The notes: generated from the letters alone by a model not told the origin. Shown: positions 1-8,955, counted from the first letter of the stretch. The stretch: DNA of 64,000 nt from an uncultured Methylomirabilota bacterium (GCA_963705305.1 OY970067.1:224001-288000); one strand, 5' to 3'. A program made the numbers and translations.

Positions 1-21
1 CCGTCTTCCGTGCCTGCAGAT

Positions 22-251
22 GGGCACGCAGCATCGTCTATCAAATGACGGTACTACCTGCCCCGTCATGCCCCGTCAAGGCCGCTTGGACGGTCCGGGC
101 GCCCTCCACCGGACGATGCTACCGGGGCTAGAGCGGCGCGCCATCCTTCAGGATGGCACGGACCGCACGGATCTCGTAGTCCGCCTCGCGGTGCCGTCGC
201 GTCCATCCCCTGCCGCCGGCGCGCCAGGAGTGTCCGGGTGCAACGCCCTCC
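22..251 (+). mobile_element. RAYT/Y1-transposase-derived non-autonomous element, copy A
   Basis: ATG at 68 reads MPRQGRLDGPGALHRTMLPGLERRAILQDGTDRTDLVVRLA, resembling RAYT N-termini (MPRxxRLDxPGxxHHVxxRGxERxxIFxDxxDR). Ends GGGCACGCAGCATCGTCTATCA and GTGCAACGCCCTCC match the TIR consensus of the other copies. Confidence 0.75.
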
Positions 252-315
252 ATTTCCGGTCGAGTGACCTGCCCCCTCGAAAATGGGGGGCGGTTTTCGA
301 CTCGCCCCTCCTCCT

Positions 316-1509
316 CTACTTATAGTGGATTGAGCCGACGGTGTGCTTGGCGATGTAATCCCAGTTATAGGAGACTCCCAGACCGGGCCCCTGGGGAATC
401 GGAACGCAACCCGCTGCATCGATCCCGTCGAAATCCCCGTCCGCGTAGCCGTCCGTGTACAGGCCCTCGGTGTAAAAGGGATGCGAATGCCGGTCGATCT
501 TCGGATGGACCAGCCCCCATTCGTAGTAGTTGGAATTGCGGATTGCCGCGAGGCAATGGCGGGTCGGGGGATCCCCCAGATGAATCTCCACATCGATGCC
601 GAGGCTCTCGGCGGCGTGGGCGAGTTTCATCGTCCCGGTGATCCCGTCCAGCCTCACATCGCCCCGCACGAAATCCGTCGCCTCGGCGAGGAGGACGTTC
701 ATCCGTTGTTCTACGCCGCGGACATGCTCTCCCTGGAGGAGGGGGGTCTTGATCATCTGGCGCAATCTCCGGTGCGCGAAGTTGGATTGCCCCATGTCCT
801 GGAAGGGATCTTCCAGCCAGAAGAACCCCTCCTCGTCGCAGGCCCGCCCGACCTTCAGGGCCTCCCCGAAGGTCGCATAGGCATTGGCCGGATCGAGCAT
901 CAGGTCCATCCGGCCCCCCACGCGCTTCCCGACCGCGTGGATCAGCGCGACCTCGCGGGCAATCGGGCCCTGCCACCACGGATGAATCTTGAACCCGCGG
1001 TAGCCCTTCTCGAGGCAGACCTGGGCGAAATCGGCAAAGGCCTCTGGAGAATCCAGGCCGCCGCGCTCATCGCCGAAAGCCGTGCTCGCATACACGGGGA
1101 GCTTCTGTCGGAACCCCCCCAGCAGCTCGTAGATCGGCGCGCCATAGTACTTTCCCGCGATGTCCCAGAGCGCGATATCCACCGGCGCACTGCCCATGCG
1201 TCCGAGATGCCTGAGGATCCGGTTGACCTCGTTGTAGATCTTCTCCCGCTCTAGCGCGTTCTGACCAATGACAATTGACGCAATCCCCGCCATGGCGGCT
1301 GGCTCGATGACGGTGAAGGTCGATACGTATTCTCCCGTGATGCCGGCGTCTGTATGGATCTTGATGGCGTGCGACTTCCGACGAGTCACGGTGCCGGGCT
1401 CGTACACTTCTCGGGTCTCCAGCGTGCCAAAGTCTCGTCTCTCGCGCTCAAACTCGCAGAGTTCGATCCCGGTGATCTTGAGGTTTCTCTGGGCTGTCGC
1501 GTCTGTCAT
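316..1509 (-). CDS. Mandelate racemase/muconate lactonizing enzyme family (enolase superfamily)
   Basis: VDIALWDIAGK, GFKIH, LMLD, WLEDP and GE motifs; GGAAGGAG RBS upstream of MTDATAQ. Confidence 0.9.
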   Translation of the reverse strand: MTDATAQRNLKITGIELCEFERERRDFGTLETREVYEPGTVTRRKSHAIKIHTDAGITGEYVSTFTVIEPAAMAGIASIVIGQNALEREKIYNEVNRILRHLGRMGSAPVDIALWDIAGKYYGAPIYELLGGFRQKLPVYASTAFGDERGGLDSPEAFADFAQVCLEKGYRGFKIHPWWQGPIAREVALIHAVGKRVGGRMDLMLDPANAYATFGEALKVGRACDEEGFFWLEDPFQDMGQSNFAHRRLRQMIKTPLLQGEHVRGVEQRMNVLLAEATDFVRGDVRLDGITGTMKLAHAAESLGIDVEIHLGDPPTRHCLAAIRNSNYYEWGLVHPKIDRHSHPFYTEGLYTDGYADGDFDGIDAAGCVPIPQGPGLGVSYNWDYIAKHTVGSIHYK

Positions 1510-1743
1510 CCAAGTGCTCCTTCCGCCATGAACCGCGGGGCTCGAAAGTGGTTCGTCGGGGGGCCCGACCGGTTGCCCGTCGGCACGCGGCGAGACCGGC
1601 TCCGCCATTCGGAGGGTGCCGCGCCCGCCCTGCCGGGTGACTCAAAGAGGGTGGCAGTTCCAGGAGAATTGGCAAGCCCTGTGGGGCCGTGCACCGCGCA
1701 CAGCTCACGTCATCCTACGAGGCGTTCCCTGGACGCGAGCGAG

Positions 1744-1772
1744 AGCATAGCCCGCACCCGGTGCGAGTGCAA
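1744..1772 (-). promoter_or_regulatory. Putative sigma70 promoter of the enolase-family gene
   Basis: TTGCAC-17 nt-TATGCT on the minus strand. Confidence 0.35.
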
Positions 1773-1779
1773 GCAATAC

Positions 1780-2020
1780 GGCGCGTTGGATTAATTGTCA
1801 TATCTTGCCGCCGCCCGCCTCGCCAGGCTTCGGTACGCGGAATGCGGCGGCCTGCGAGGCATCCGTACCGTGATTGTGCCAGGGCTGGAGTGCTGGATCA
1901 TCTTCCGAGACGATCGGGGCCGCGCGGAATTCGGTTTCTGGCGGCTTGGCAAGGCCTTGCTTCGCTGTTGCTGAGGACACTGTCGCTGAGGATACTTGAC
2001 AAATAAAGAGAACGTCTCTC
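1780..2020 (+). mobile_element. RAYT-derived element, copy B
   Basis: Left end GGCGCGTTGGATTAATTGTCA, right end TTGACAAATAAAGAGAACGTCTCTC; internal frame reads GGLRGIRTVIVPGLECWIIFRDDRGRAEF. Confidence 0.7.
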
Positions 2021-2021
2021 A

Positions 2022-2420
2022 TCACATCCGCGGCAGGGGCTTCACATCGGCGTCGGCACCCGCCGACCGCTCAACCGGATACCCGCATCGCACCCATGCC
2101 TCCATGCCGCCTTCGAGGTTGTAGACCCGCTCGCCGCCGAGCAAGGCGAGAACCTCGGCGCCGAGGGCGCTGATTGCTCCAATGCGGCAGACCACCACGA
2201 TGTCGCGCTCGAGGGCGAGCTCGGCGTGGTGCTTGAAGAGCTCGTCTACCGGAAGGTTCCGGGCCCCGGCGATATGCCCCTGGGCGTACTCCCCCGGCAG
2301 GCGCACATCCACCACCTGGGCCCCGCCCGTCTCGATGAGGGGTCGGGCGTCCGAAACCTCGATCCGGCTGAAGGGCTCCTCGGGGTCAGCCTCCCCCCCT
2401 CCCAGGGGACCGGTCCTCAT
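2022..2420 (-). CDS. Rhodanese-like domain protein
   Basis: VVDVRLPGEYAQGHIAGARNLP, VVVCRIG active-site loop, NLEGGMEAW. Confidence 0.85.
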   Translation of the reverse strand: MRTGPLGGGEADPEEPFSRIEVSDARPLIETGGAQVVDVRLPGEYAQGHIAGARNLPVDELFKHHAELALERDIVVVCRIGAISALGAEVLALLGGERVYNLEGGMEAWVRCGYPVERSAGADADVKPLPRM

Positions 2421-2449
2421 GACTCCCGCGTCCTTCTTTCTCCCCTTTC

Positions 2450-2510
2450 GCCCGGACTTCGTTTCCCGGCGGCTTGCCAGAAACTCGCTTTGGTGCCGCT
2501 GAAGATATGA
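2450..2510 (+). repeat. Partial copy of the RAYT-derived element between rhodanese and DsbA
   Basis: CGGACTTCGTTTCCCGGCGGCTTGCC matches CGGACTTCATTTCCTGGCGGCTTGCC of copy F (~8010-8036). Confidence 0.55.
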
Positions 2511-2520
2511 TTTTGCTAGA

Positions 2521-3180
2521 TCAGCCCTTCCGCGCTGAGGCATCCAGCATCGCCTGGAGCAGCGTTTCCGGCGGCTGCGCTCCGGACACCGCGGCGCGGC
2601 GATTGAAGATGAAGCAGGGCACCGCGTTGATGCCGGCCTGCCGGGCTTCGAGGTCGACTCGCAACACGTCCTCCCGGCCGTCCTCGGACGCCAGGTAGGA
2701 GGCCAAAGCGGCGCGATCCAGGCCGGCACGCTCGCCGACGCTCGCCAGCGCCGCCTGGTCGGTGAGGTCGGCGCCATCCAGGAAATAGGCGCGGAAGAGC
2801 CGCTCCGCGACCGCGTCTTCATGCCCCTGCGTCGCACCGTAGAGCATGAGCCGGTGCGCGTTCAGCGTGTTCGGCTGCACCGTGATGCGGTCGAAGGCGA
2901 AGTCGATACCGACTTCCCGGCCCACGCCCGCCACGCGCGCGTAGCTGTGGGCGTGGCCGGGGCCGAACTTGCGCTCGAGGTAGTCCTGGCGCGGCATGCC
3001 CGCGTCCGGCAGGTCCGGGTTGAGCTGGAACGGCAGCCAGCGCACGGCCGGCTTTCCCCCATCGGGCACGCGCTCCTGGTATAGCCGCAGTGCGGCTTCC
3101 AGGCGCCGCTTGCCGATGAAGCACCAGGGTCAGACGATGTCCGAGACGATTTCGATGGTAAGCGTGGGTTGAGCTTGCAT
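2521..3180 (-). CDS. DsbA/FrnE-family oxidoreductase with in-frame UGA, probable selenoprotein (UPWC)
   Basis: MQAQPTLTIEIVSDIV-TGA(3130-3132)-PWCFIGKRRLEAAL continues in frame into PFQLNP, PNTLNAHRL and GINAVPCF. The TGA occupies the first Cys of the CPWC motif. Confidence 0.85.
3092..3109 (-). promoter_or_regulatory. Candidate bacterial SECIS hairpin
   Basis: GCGGC-GCCUGGAA-GCCGC stem-loop starting 20 nt 3' of the UGA, with a G-initiated loop. Confidence 0.45.
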
Positions 3181-3322
3181 GCGCCGGTCCTTTCTGCTGG
3201 GAGTGGCCCCGATGTGTCCTGGCGCGGCGTGCGGGGTGCCGGACGGGGCCATTATACCGTCGGAAGGGGCCTTTGTGGATCTCTTCATGGCCGCGAGCGT
3301 TCTTGCTCGTAATGGACGCAAT

Positions 3323-3515
3323 GGGGGACGTTGCCAATTTCGTCAACTCGCGACGGCAACGGTCACGCCCACTCACCGCGCCTCTATCTTTCAGGGACAC
3401 CGGCCTCTACGAACCCAACAGCCCCCTGGGATCCCGTGATCCGCCGGGGGCTGTTGGGTTCGCACGCCAGGAGCTTTCCGGTCGGCATCTTCGCCTCCCT
3501 CAGGCCACCTAGCTG
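3323..3515. repeat. Type II element: GGGGGACGTTGCC end, hairpin and conserved core (copy 1)
   Basis: Homologous to 8956-9146; 17-bp perfect stem CGAACCCAACAGCCCCC/GGGGGCTGTTGGGTTCG; 43-nt core identical between copies. Confidence 0.8.
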
Positions 3516-3606
3516 AGAGCGAATTGATTGCGACATGACGCTACCGCCTGTCGGAGGGCGAAGTCAAGATGGAAATGCGGGGGCCAGAAATCGGCTTTCA
3601 GAAATA

Positions 3607-3832
3607 CGGGACGCCGCATTCCCTCCCAGACTTTGCCAACGTCCGCCTCGCGAGGTTCCCGCAAGCAGAACTCGATGGCCTGCGAGCCCTCCACAAAGTG
3701 ATGGTGCCAGGCCTGGAGTTTCGGATCATTTTCTGGGAGGACACGGACCGTGCAGATTTCGTTCTCCGCCGGCAAGCCGGGACCCCGCGCTGGTACCGAT
3801 GGAAAGATTCGACGGAGAATGCTACGTCTCCT
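3607..3832 (+). mobile_element. RAYT-derived element, copy C
   Basis: Internal frame LDGLRALHKVMVPGLEFRIIFWEDTDRADFVLR; ends CGGGACGCCGCATT and GACGGAGAATGCTACGTCTCC; near-identical to copy D over its 3' part. Confidence 0.8.
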
Positions 3833-3847
3833 CTTTCGGCGATACGC

Positions 3848-3890
3848 GGGGAGGTCGTTAGCAATTAGGACAATTAGGCCACAACGTCCC
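3848..3890. repeat. 43-bp mini inverted element, copy 1
   Basis: GGGGAGGTCGT...CAATTAGGACAATTAGGCC...ACAACGTCCC; repeated at 6334-6377. Confidence 0.7.
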
Positions 3891-3903
3891 TTTTACGCGG
3901 TTC

Positions 3904-4069
3904 ACAATTCCGGCGTACGAGAACGCGTGAGGACCCGCCCCGGGCCGGGAGGCGCGGCTGACTCTGCATGGGGTGGCCCCGGACCCCACGCCCGCAGGCT
4001 CCTCTGCCGCCGGGGCGCCCGGAGTGCCGGGAGGCTGCCTCCCTCCGAGAAGTTGTTTCAGAACCTACG
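3904..4069. repeat. Direct repeat upstream of the MFS gene (long form)
   Basis: ACAATTCCGGCGTACGAGAA...TTCAGAACCTACG, also at 5396-5479. This copy has 82 extra nt bounded by GCCGGGAGGC at 3944-3953 and 4026-4035. Confidence 0.8.
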
Positions 4070-4070
4070 T

Positions 4071-4124
4071 CCCGTATTACGTTGGTCTCGTCGGGAGGAT
4101 TTGACAGATAATGCAACGTCCCCC
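4071..4124 (+). repeat. Isolated right end of the RAYT-derived element
   Basis: TTGACAGATAATGCAACGTCCCCC at 4101-4124, the best match to the TIR consensus. Confidence 0.7.
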
Positions 4125-4210
4125 ATTACTGAGGCCGAGGGACGATGCGCCGCCCGCCGATCCGACCTCGCCTGCGGCCGCCACCGGCGGGATCCCCGGG
4201 ACCGGCCGGC

Positions 4211-5422
4211 ATGCGTGAAGCGCCCGCCTTCCCGGGGCCGGCCCGATCCCGGGCGGTCGTGGTGACCGCCCTGGGGACGGCCCAGACCTTGGCCTGGGCG
4301 TCAAGCTACTACCTGCCGGCGATCCTCGCCCATCCGATTGCCGCGGGGCTGGGCGTCCCGCACGCGTGGGTCTTCGCGGCCTTCTCGGCCGCCCTGCTCA
4401 TCGCCGCCCTTGCCGGCCCCGTCGTGGGGCGAGGGATCGATCGCCACGGGGGGCGGGGCGTGCTCGTCCTCTCGAACCTGGTGTTCGCCGGCGGACTGCT
4501 CGCGCTCGCCGCGGCCACGGGCCCCCTCAGTCTCTTCGGGGCCTGGGCGGTGCTCGGCGTCGGGATGGCGCTGGGGCTGTACGACGCCGCGTTTGCCACG
4601 CTGACAAACCTCTACGGCCGCGCGGCCCGCGGCCCAATTACCGGCATCACCCTCTTCGCCGGTTTCGCGTCGACGGTGAGCTGGCCGGTGTCCTCGCTCC
4701 TGATTGATATGCTGGGGTGGCGCGAGACCTGCCTCGTCTGGGCCGCCCTCAACCTGGGAATCTGCCTTCCGCTCAATCGCTTCCTCGTGCCGCTCGCCAC
4801 GGAGCAGGCGCCTCCGCGCCGCGTGCCGGGAGCCCGGGTGGGGTGGAAGCCGCGCAGGGAGATGTTCCTGCTCGCCTTCGTGTTCGGGGCCGCCTGGTTC
4901 GTCACCGGCTCGATGGCGGCCCACCTGCCGCGCCTCCTCGAACGGGCGGGGGCGACGCCCCTCCGGGCGGTCGCCATTGCCGCGCTGGTCGGGCCGGCCC
5001 AGGTCGCCGCGCGGCTGGCCGAGTTCTTCCTTTTGAAACGGACACACCCGGTGGTCTCGGCGAGGATCGCGACGACGCTCCACCCCATCGGCGCGGTCGC
5101 CCTGGCCTGTTGTCCGGGCCCCCTGGGGACAGTGAGCTTTACTGTCCTGTACGGGGCCGGGAATGGCCTGCTAACGATCGCTCGGGGCACGGTCCCGCTC
5201 GCCATCTTCGGTCCTCACGGCTATGGCGAGCGCACCGGCCTCCTCGGCGCCCCCGCCCGCGCCGCCCAGGCGTGCGCCCCGCTGGTGTTCGGGCTCTTGT
5301 TTGACGCCATGGGGCTTGCAGTCATCCTGGTCTCGGCGGGATTGAGCCTGGCCGCGCTGGGCGCCCTGCTGTGTCTGCGCGCAACCCCGGATCGGACAAT
5401 TCCGGCGTACGAGAATGCGTGA
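4211..5422 (+). CDS. MFS transporter
   Basis: About 12 hydrophobic segments; QTLAWASSYYLPA, GRGIDRHGGR, ITGITLFAGFAST. Confidence 0.9.
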   Translation: MREAPAFPGPARSRAVVVTALGTAQTLAWASSYYLPAILAHPIAAGLGVPHAWVFAAFSAALLIAALAGPVVGRGIDRHGGRGVLVLSNLVFAGGLLALAAATGPLSLFGAWAVLGVGMALGLYDAAFATLTNLYGRAARGPITGITLFAGFASTVSWPVSSLLIDMLGWRETCLVWAALNLGICLPLNRFLVPLATEQAPPRRVPGARVGWKPRREMFLLAFVFGAAWFVTGSMAAHLPRLLERAGATPLRAVAIAALVGPAQVAARLAEFFLLKRTHPVVSARIATTLHPIGAVALACCPGPLGTVSFTVLYGAGNGLLTIARGTVPLAIFGPHGYGERTGLLGAPARAAQACAPLVFGLLFDAMGLAVILVSAGLSLAALGALLCLRATPDRTIPAYENA

Positions 5423-5479
5423 GGGCCCGCCCCGGGCCGGGAGGCTGCCTCCCCTCGAGAAGCTGCTTCAGAACCTACG
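5396..5479. repeat. Direct repeat overlapping the MFS 3' end (short form)
   Basis: Matches 3904-3953 joined to 4036-4069; supplies the last codons and stop of the MFS gene. Confidence 0.8.
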
Positions 5480-5603
5480 GCCTTATTCGATGGCTCAAGA
5501 CTTCCCGCAACCGCAGAGCGACCGGAGTCGGCCTGGCGAATTCCCCGGCCGCATCTGCTATACTCCCGGCAAATCTGCGGCCCATTCCTACTGGAGGGCG
5601 CCC

Positions 5604-6098
5604 ATGGACGAACCGGTATTCATCGAGTCACGGGACGAGATGGAGCAGATCCTGCGGGAGGAGGTGCTGGGTCACCTGGGCCTCGCGGGCGACGGGCAGC
5701 CGTACGTGGTGCCCGTCAATTACGCCTACCTGGCCGGGAGGATCCTGTTCCACTGCGCGCTCGCGGGCCAGAAGCTCGACGCCATCCGCCGCAATCCCCA
5801 CGTCTGTTTTACCGTCAGCCGGCAGCGGGGGGAGATGCGGGACCACACCGGCGCCCCCTGCCACATCGACAGCGACAGCGTGATCTGCTACGGCCGGGCG
5901 AGGCTCCTCGAGGACCTCACGGAGCGGGCCGCCGCGCTGAACGCCTTCAACCGCCGCTACCGGCCCGATGCGCCCGATCTCCCGGTGGATCGGGTGGCGC
6001 AGTGCATGGCAGTCGAGATCACGATTGCCGTGATGACCGGGCGGCGGGAGCGAGACCGCCACCGCACGTACTGGCGCGCCATCTTCCATCCGCAATAG
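5604..6098 (+). CDS. Pyridoxamine 5'-phosphate oxidase-like flavin-binding protein (NimA family)
   Basis: GHLGL, PYVVPVNY, FHCALAGQKLDAIRRNPHVCF, SVICYG, MTGR. Confidence 0.85.
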   Translation: MDEPVFIESRDEMEQILREEVLGHLGLAGDGQPYVVPVNYAYLAGRILFHCALAGQKLDAIRRNPHVCFTVSRQRGEMRDHTGAPCHIDSDSVICYGRARLLEDLTERAAALNAFNRRYRPDAPDLPVDRVAQCMAVEITIAVMTGRRERDRHRTYWRAIFHPQ

Positions 6099-6319
6099 GG
6101 GCCGCTGCATTATCTGTCCTGCCGGCGCCCGTCCCGCCAGCCCGCGCCAGGCGCAACTCGACGGCCTGCGAGCTCTCCACAACGTGATGGTGCCAGGCCT
6201 GGAGTTTCGGACCATTTTCTGGGAGGACACGGACCGTGCAGATTTCGTTCTCCGCCGGCAAGCCGGGACCCCGCGCTGGTGCCGATGGAAAGATTCGACG
6301 GAGAATGCTACGTCTCCCC
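6097..6319 (+). mobile_element. RAYT-derived element, copy D
   Basis: Left end AGGGGCCGCTGCATTATCTGTC overlaps the upstream gene's TAG; internal LDGLRALHNVMVPGLEFRTIFWEDTDRADF; right end GAGAATGCTACGTCTCCCC. Confidence 0.8.
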
Positions 6320-6333
6320 TTTCGGCGACACGC

Positions 6334-6377
6334 GGGGAGGTCGTCAGTGATTAGGACAATTAGGCCACAACGTCCCC
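6334..6377. repeat. Mini inverted element, copy 2
   Basis: GGGGAGGTCGT...ATTAGGACAATTAGGCCACAACGTCCCC. Confidence 0.7.
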
Positions 6378-6664
6378 TTTTCATGAGATTCGGTGACGGA
6401 CAAGGGCAATTCGGCTAGCAGTCTGTCGAAGTCACCCAAATACCTCTCGAAGAGATCGATAAAGAATCCGACGTAGGCAGCTATATTATCCGGCCAATCG
6501 AGATGCGCACGATGAGACTGCACCTCACCTTGGAGTCCCTTGAGGGTCTCGATGCACTTGGCAGTTTCAGCCCGCCAATCTCGGATGTGCGCAAGGATCG
6601 TGTCCATGGAGACACCGGTGTAATCAGTCATCCCAGCCATGAGAGAACGCTCTCTGACAGTCAT
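6344..6664 (-). pseudogene. Hypothetical helical protein, apparently 3'-truncated where it runs into the mini element
   Basis: Protein-like sequence (MTDYTGVSMDTILAHIRDW...LLAELPLSVTESH) reads directly into GGGGACGTT; visibly lower GC than the backbone. Confidence 0.5.
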
Positions 6665-6784
6665 TGGCCGTCAATCCTCCGCCCCAACTCCACGAAAAAT
6701 AATCCTTTGCGTGGCAAGCTGCACGTAGAACAGCACCCCGACCGGTGCCGGGTGGAGTCGAGCATACCAATAAAGCAGTGCTGA

Positions 6785-7007
6785 GGGAGGCCGCACTATT
6801 TGTAATATGCCGCCGCCGCCCGCCTACCAGGCTCTTCTAGACAGGACTTGATGGCACGTAATGCCTCCACTCCGTGATGGCGTCAGGACTGGATCCGCGG
6901 ATCGTTTGCCAAAGGGCACAGGCCGCGCGGATTTCGTTCCCTAGCGACCTGCCGGGATCCCACTTCGGTGCTGTTGGAAAGATTCCACAGATAATGCTAT
7001 TTCCCCC
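6785..7007 (+). mobile_element. RAYT-derived element, copy E (more degenerate)
   Basis: Left end GGGAGGCCGCACTATTTGTAA; internal CTCCACTCCGTGATGGCGTCAGGACTGGA...GGCCGCGCGGATTTCG; right end ACAGATAATGCTATTTCCCCC. Confidence 0.7.
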
Positions 7008-7031
7008 ATTACAGGAATCAACCCATTATCT

Positions 7032-7865
7032 TCAGGCAATTCGTGCTAAAGCCTTTGCTGCGATCGCCTTATAGGCGAGCGCCTCCATGAGACTGTCCTC
7101 GGTGCCAAAGAGGGTATATGCGTCAATGTTCATGAGCGAAAGTCTCTCAAGGAAGGGACCGCGCTGACTTCTTGGGAGCCGATATTTCACAAGAACATCC
7201 TGATGGGCATCGGCTTTTTGAAACACTTCCTCGTGACTAGCGTAACTGCACCAACTATTCCGGATGACCCTGCAAATCGTGTACTCGCTCTGCTGCCGGA
7301 AATGCAGGGGAGTAGTTACGATATTGGGCCCCAGCCCCATAATATGTGGCTCATTCTCATCCCATATCTTCGCTTCCCCCGTATATTCCTGAAAGTAATA
7401 GACGGCGACTTCCTCATCAGGATCTTCGTGGGTCCTCTTTGCACATGCTGCCGATCGGAAAGCAAAGAAAGCAGCGACATATGGAGACTCCGACCAGTCG
7501 AGAAGCGGAGACGGGAATCCGTGATGTCTTAGGTAGACCATGAATTCGTATCCAAAAGGTGCCTGGTAAGGTTCCGGCCCCTCCTCTGGGTATGCGCCGA
7601 TGTCCCAGCGTTTCTCCGTCACAGACTCGACGGGTTTCTGGAGAAAGTTGCGGAGCACCCTCCAGCATTCCTTCGTCGTATACGGGTGGTCCGTATACCT
7701 CTCTAGCGTCGTTTTTAGCGGCCAGGAGGCCTTCTCTTGCCCCCGAAATAGAGGCGGGGGGATATAGAGACCCGGAGCCTTCTTGCATGTCTCCGAATAC
7801 CGACGCAAAACCTCACCGACCGCGCGCCCAAAGTCCTCCCAACTCGAAAGCACTAATTCTTTCAT
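7032..7865 (-). CDS. FRG domain protein
   Basis: LFRGQ, RHHGFPSPLLDWSESPYVAAFFA, QQSEYT, NIDAYTLF. Confidence 0.9.
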   Translation of the reverse strand: MKELVLSSWEDFGRAVGEVLRRYSETCKKAPGLYIPPPLFRGQEKASWPLKTTLERYTDHPYTTKECWRVLRNFLQKPVESVTEKRWDIGAYPEEGPEPYQAPFGYEFMVYLRHHGFPSPLLDWSESPYVAAFFAFRSAACAKRTHEDPDEEVAVYYFQEYTGEAKIWDENEPHIMGLGPNIVTTPLHFRQQSEYTICRVIRNSWCSYASHEEVFQKADAHQDVLVKYRLPRSQRGPFLERLSLMNIDAYTLFGTEDSLMEALAYKAIAAKALARIA

Positions 7866-7881
7866 TGAATTTTCCTATGGT

Positions 7882-8089
7882 GAGAGACGTCGCATTACTT
7901 GTCATATTTTGTCGGATCCACCAAGCGGATGGATGGCCAGCTAGCCCTCTACGGCGTGATGGTGCCAGGACTGGAGTTTCGGATCATTTCCTGGGAGAAC
8001 ACGGGCCGCGCGGACTTCATTTCCTGGCGGCTTGCCGGGACCACGCCCTGGTGTCGATGGAAAGATTCGACAAACAATGCAACTTCCCC
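7882..8089 (+). mobile_element. RAYT-derived element, copy F
   Basis: Left end GAGAGACGTCGCATTACTTGTCA; internal MDGQLALYGVMVPGLEFRIISWENTGRADFISWRL; right end GACAAACAATGCAACTTCCCC. Confidence 0.8.
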
Positions 8090-8118
8090 TGTCATTCACC
8101 CGATCGGATCGTTCCTAG

Positions 8119-8817
8119 TCAATGAATCCAGGCCACCCGGAATGGTTTCTGCCAGTCGTACTGAACTACCGGAACCACCCGAGAGAGACCAGCAGCTTCA
8201 ATAAGAAGTTTGTAGTCCTTCAAAAGGCGCTCCAAAAGATCGAGACACGCGTCAAGATCTCCGTAGGTCGGCAAGTGCCGCATTGGGTGCATACTGCGGT
8301 GCGCCACATGCCTGTTCACAAAGCGTCGCAGCTTTCTTTCTGCCGCAAGGAGTTCGCGCTCGTGTTTGCGAACTACAGCAGGATTGATTTGGTCCGTACC
8401 CCTTTTTGCATAGTGCTCAAAGGATCGATTCCCCAACGTCCGCATCCGTCCCGAGCGATAGAGGCCAACATAGCGGCGCCGGCTAATTACCTCGGGATGG
8501 TCTCTGACGTCCTGGATTAGCCTGAGTAGTGAAATTGAGCGGCTGTCTTTGTCCGTCTGTCGCCTGATGGCGACCGCCATGTCAGCCACGTACGCGCGGT
8601 TCATCCAACTGTAGAAGACGCTGGGCACCTGAAGTTCGGGATTGGAGGCAATCATTGCCTGGACTTCCCGGTACACGTGGCGGTCGAGCGCCATCTCGAC
8701 AATCTCGTCATAGATGCACCGAAGCCAGCGCTTCCAGCGCAGATATACGCTGCGCCGTCTGGATGCAGACGTGATCGCCTGAGGCTTCGGGGGGGCCTTT
8801 TTCCTCTTCCTGCTCAT
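8119..8817 (-). CDS. Hypothetical protein, HEPN/AbiU2-like
   Basis: Helical protein with IRRQTDKDSRSISLLRLI and a C-terminal RRFVNRHVAH resembling the HEPN R-x4-6-H region. Confidence 0.6.
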   Translation of the reverse strand: MSRKRKKAPPKPQAITSASRRRSVYLRWKRWLRCIYDEIVEMALDRHVYREVQAMIASNPELQVPSVFYSWMNRAYVADMAVAIRRQTDKDSRSISLLRLIQDVRDHPEVISRRRYVGLYRSGRMRTLGNRSFEHYAKRGTDQINPAVVRKHERELLAAERKLRRFVNRHVAHRSMHPMRHLPTYGDLDACLDLLERLLKDYKLLIEAAGLSRVVPVVQYDWQKPFRVAWIH

Positions 8818-8955
8818 GCTGACCTCGTCTGGCTGCGGCGGACCCGAACGATTAGATCAGAACTCCTTTGGGCGACCGGTGGCCGTTCGATTTGACCGTC
8901 CGCTGGCGTATGGCACCCACTACCTAGCCCTTGTTTAAGGGGACGCGTATTTGAT

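Noticed and set aside
1510..1740. Riboswitch in the long leader of the enolase-family gene
   Set aside because: GC-rich hairpins are possible, but no consensus of a riboswitch family I know is visible.
3456..3515. Hammerhead ribozyme or SAM/SAH riboswitch in the type II core (minus strand has CUGA...GAAA and GCUCCUGGCGUG)
   Set aside because: The CUGANGA core is not matched, and the 5' CACAACG half of the SAM/SAH motif is absent.
3569..3868. ORFs 20-325, 3569-3868, 6874-7074 and 7899-8204 as real proteins
   Set aside because: They are frames through the repeat. Starts, frames and stops differ between copies, and RAYT similarity ends after about 40 codons, before the HUH and Tyr motifs.
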